The position numbers and the translations under genes were made by a program. DNA of 64,000 nucleotides, from assembly GCA_965248925.1 (NCBI GenBank), contig CBDFLE010000005.1:288001-352000 (forward strand), given 5' to 3'. Source of the DNA: Candidatus Multivoradales bacterium (GTDB lineage: Bacteria; Acidobacteriota; Thermoanaerobaculia; Multivoradales; J023). The notes beneath the pieces are model-generated. The model worked only from the letters and a program-made list of their open reading frames with translations. It was not told the origin of the DNA and did no database searches. Of this stretch, positions 61,635 through 64,000 are shown piece after piece; position 1 is the stretch's first letter; each line of letters starts with the position of its first letter.

Positions 61635-62867
61635 TTAGCCGCGCAGGTTCTTGAGGATCTCGAGGCCGCCGATCCAGGTGCCGATCAAGCTACCGATGCC
61701 GGGTAGGGTGAACGCCAGGAAGACCTTCAGCAAGCGATTCTGCCACCAGCGGGACAGCACCCCAACATCGTCGGCGACGTTCTGGATTTCCAGGACCGTC
61801 GGTGGCCGCACCCAGGCCTGGACGAAGGCGCAGACGTAGCCGGCCCCGATCACCGGCGTTAGGCTGGTGATCGGGGCGCCGAAGAAGGCCGCCGCGATGG
61901 TTAGCGGATGGGCCAGGCCGGCGATCGCGCCAATCGACGCCGGGATGGCGTTGGCGAAGAACCAGTAGCTCAGGTTGGCGCCAGCCTCGGCAAACCCTTG
62001 GCGGTAGCCGATGTAGCCAATCGAGCCCAAGATCAGCGCCGGCACCGCCCAGCCAACGATCTTCCACAGCGGTGATATTGGGGGGATGACGTCGAGGGCT
62101 GCGAGATCGCCGCGTTGTTCGGTCTCGAGCGCCCGGCGGATGCCCTCCAAGTGGCCGGCGCCTACCACCGCCACTACCTTGTCGCCGGTAGAATCCAGGA
62201 TCCGCGTTGACAGGTAAGTGTCGCGTTCGTCGATCAGCACCCGCTTGAGTGCCGGCATCTGCTTGCCCAGTTCGCCCATCAACTCGTTGAGCACGTCCTG
62301 CTGCCGCAACTCGGCCATTTGCTCTTCGGTGATATCGGGTTTCTCGAACACCGTCGCTAGCAGAAACGACAGCAGGTAGATTTTGCGCCACAGGGAGGTC
62401 TCGCGGGCCGCTCGCCGCAGGGTCACCCTGACATCGCGATCGCAGAGCTCGACTGGGAGGCCGAGTTCCTCGGCGACTCGGGTTGCCTCCAACAATTCAG
62501 TGCCGGGTTCGACGCCCAATTCCAAACCGAGTCGTTTCTGATAGGAGGACAACAGCAGGTTGACCAGCAGGGTGGAGAGCTGCTTCTTGCGGATCACTTG
62601 CTTGATGTCGAGCTGCTCCCAAGACTTTTTCTTTTTCAGCGACTCGAAGCGCTGCGGGTCGAGTTCTACGCAGATGCAGTCTGGGCGCTCGCTCTCGATC
62701 ACCTCGCGCACTAGATCGACCGACTCGCGGGAGACGTGGGCGGTGCCGATGAGGATGAATTGACGCCCGCCTTGCTCGACCAGCTGTACTTCGCCAGGGT
62801 AGTCGGCGAGGGATCTGGGTGCCGTTTCGTCGGCGCCGTCGGGTGGATTGTCGGGGTCGGTGCTCAT
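61635..62867 (-). CDS. TraB/PrgY/GumN-family protein
   Basis: IGTAHVS, CVELD, LIDERD, VVGAGH; C-terminal TM segments. Confidence 0.92.
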   Translation of the reverse strand: MSTDPDNPPDGADETAPRSLADYPGEVQLVEQGGRQFILIGTAHVSRESVDLVREVIESERPDCICVELDPQRFESLKKKKSWEQLDIKQVIRKKQLSTLLVNLLLSSYQKRLGLELGVEPGTELLEATRVAEELGLPVELCDRDVRVTLRRAARETSLWRKIYLLSFLLATVFEKPDITEEQMAELRQQDVLNELMGELGKQMPALKRVLIDERDTYLSTRILDSTGDKVVAVVGAGHLEGIRRALETEQRGDLAALDVIPPISPLWKIVGWAVPALILGSIGYIGYRQGFAEAGANLSYWFFANAIPASIGAIAGLAHPLTIAAAFFGAPITSLTPVIGAGYVCAFVQAWVRPPTVLEIQNVADDVGVLSRWWQNRLLKVFLAFTLPGIGSLIGTWIGGLEILKNLRG

Positions 62868-63694
62868 GGGTTGTCGTCCGGGTTTGAGCGGTGCCCTTGC
62901 CAGTCGTCCATACTGGTGGAGGCGCCGAAAGCATCACTCAAGAAGTCGGCTATGCCGGTGGGCAGGCCATTGCGTAGCAGCGGGGTGATTTTGACGATCC
63001 ACGGCTCCAATAACCAGACCTTACGTTGGCGCACCGCCTCGACGATCTTCGCGGCCAGATTCTGCGGATCGAGCATGGCGGCGGTCTTGGGCGGCTTGGC
63101 GCCAGCGAACATTCCGGTTGCGATGAAGGTCGGGCAGACAGTGGTCACCCCGACGTTCTTGTGGCCACTTTTCTTGAGTTCCAAGCGGATCGACTCCGCC
63201 AAGCCGATGGTCGCCCATTTGCTGGCGGCGTAGGTGGCGCCGTTGGGCAGGCCGACGAAGCCCGAGGCGCTGGCCATGAACACCAGCTGGCCCCACGGTG
63301 CGGCGATCAGATCTGGCAGGAAAGCGTGGGTCATGGCGATCATGCCTTCGACATTGACCCGGAAGGTCGTCCGATGCTTGGCCATCGGCACCGCCAAGAA
63401 AGGGCCGCCGAAAACCACCCCGGCGTTGTTAACCAGCATGTCGATACGGCCGGCCTGGTCGTGCAACTGCTGCCGTGTCTGGCTGATCGAGGCGTCGTCG
63501 GTGACATCGAGCAAATAGGTTCGGCAGCGGCCGCCGGCGGCTTCGATCGACTCACGGGCAGTGCTCAGACCGGCCTCGTCGATGTCGGTCAAGACCACTT
63601 CGGCGCCGGCAGCAGCGAACCGCTCCGCCATCGCTCGACCCATGCCTTGGGCGGCGCCAGTGATCAGAATCCGCTTCAGCCTCAACGATCTCAT
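62864..63694 (-). CDS. Short-chain dehydrogenase/reductase
   Basis: TGAAQGMG, NNAG, YAASK. Confidence 0.93.
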   Translation of the reverse strand: MRSLRLKRILITGAAQGMGRAMAERFAAAGAEVVLTDIDEAGLSTARESIEAAGGRCRTYLLDVTDDASISQTRQQLHDQAGRIDMLVNNAGVVFGGPFLAVPMAKHRTTFRVNVEGMIAMTHAFLPDLIAAPWGQLVFMASASGFVGLPNGATYAASKWATIGLAESIRLELKKSGHKNVGVTTVCPTFIATGMFAGAKPPKTAAMLDPQNLAAKIVEAVRQRKVWLLEPWIVKITPLLRNGLPTGIADFLSDAFGASTSMDDWQGHRSNPDDNP

Positions 63695-63836
63695 CGCTTG
63701 AACCTCATGCTTCGATTGGCCTGGTGCAGTCGGTGGTGCTACTCTGCCACCGGCCGGCGACGTTATGCTACCGGCGTCTACACCGCAAGGCCCACCGTCT
63801 CGTGGATCCCCATAGCTACCATCCGGAGTCAGCCTG

Positions 63837-64000
63837 TTGAGTGATCCCTTTCAGCTGCCGAAGATCGTCCGCCAGGGTGATGAGCCGCAGCCCTTCGCGA
63901 CCCTCGCTCGCGGCCCGGTGGCCGATTTCGGGGTGTTCACTGTCGAGAGCTTGGAGCGGCGTTCGCCGCGCACCGGCAAGACAGGCACCTACCATGTGAT
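63837..64000 (+). CDS. Probable NUDIX hydrolase, partial (runs off the window)
   Basis: TTG start after GGAG; open frame ...DFGVFTVESLERRSPRTGK..YHV resembles ADP-ribose pyrophosphatase N-termini; Nudix box not in the window. Confidence 0.5.
   Translation, partial: MSDPFQLPKIVRQGDEPQPFATLARGPVADFGVFTVESLERRSPRTGKTGTYHV

Overview
GC-rich bacterial chromosome segment. Gene content (ECF/Ser-Thr-kinase pair, a 'DGFExGD..AW' motif, sulfatase-like and Ig-repeat exoproteins) suggests an Acidobacteriota/Thermoanaerobaculia-like organism; this taxonomy is inference. A core block (about 21.8-48.6 kb and 58-64 kb: bacilliredoxin, pruA, rocD, MFS, secA, M23 peptidase, UvrD-type helicase, TraB, SDR) is flanked by two mobile, decaying accessory regions. 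Left region (0.8-21.7 kb): (1) a nested element, in which a TGT...ACA-ended integrase-core (rve) transposon remnant carries a complete IS21 and a group II intron whose EBS1/EBS2 pair with the remnant's own terminal repeat; (2) a FecI/FecR/TonB-receptor signalling set; (3) an ISL3 sitting at a rearrangement junction; (4) an Rhs polymorphic-toxin and orphan-immunity array with HExxH toxin tips. Right region (48.6-57.9 kb): a run of pseudogenes (2OG-dioxygenase, PLP lyase lacking its PLP-lysine segment, internally deleted IS1111-type element, IS4-disrupted G8/CEMIP-like protein, frameshifted subtilase). An unusual 797-aa transposase with three copies of a palindromic 21-mer is inserted in the hairpin downstream of secA. 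No rRNA, tRNA or CRISPR array was found. All family assignments are by eye from motifs, not database searches.
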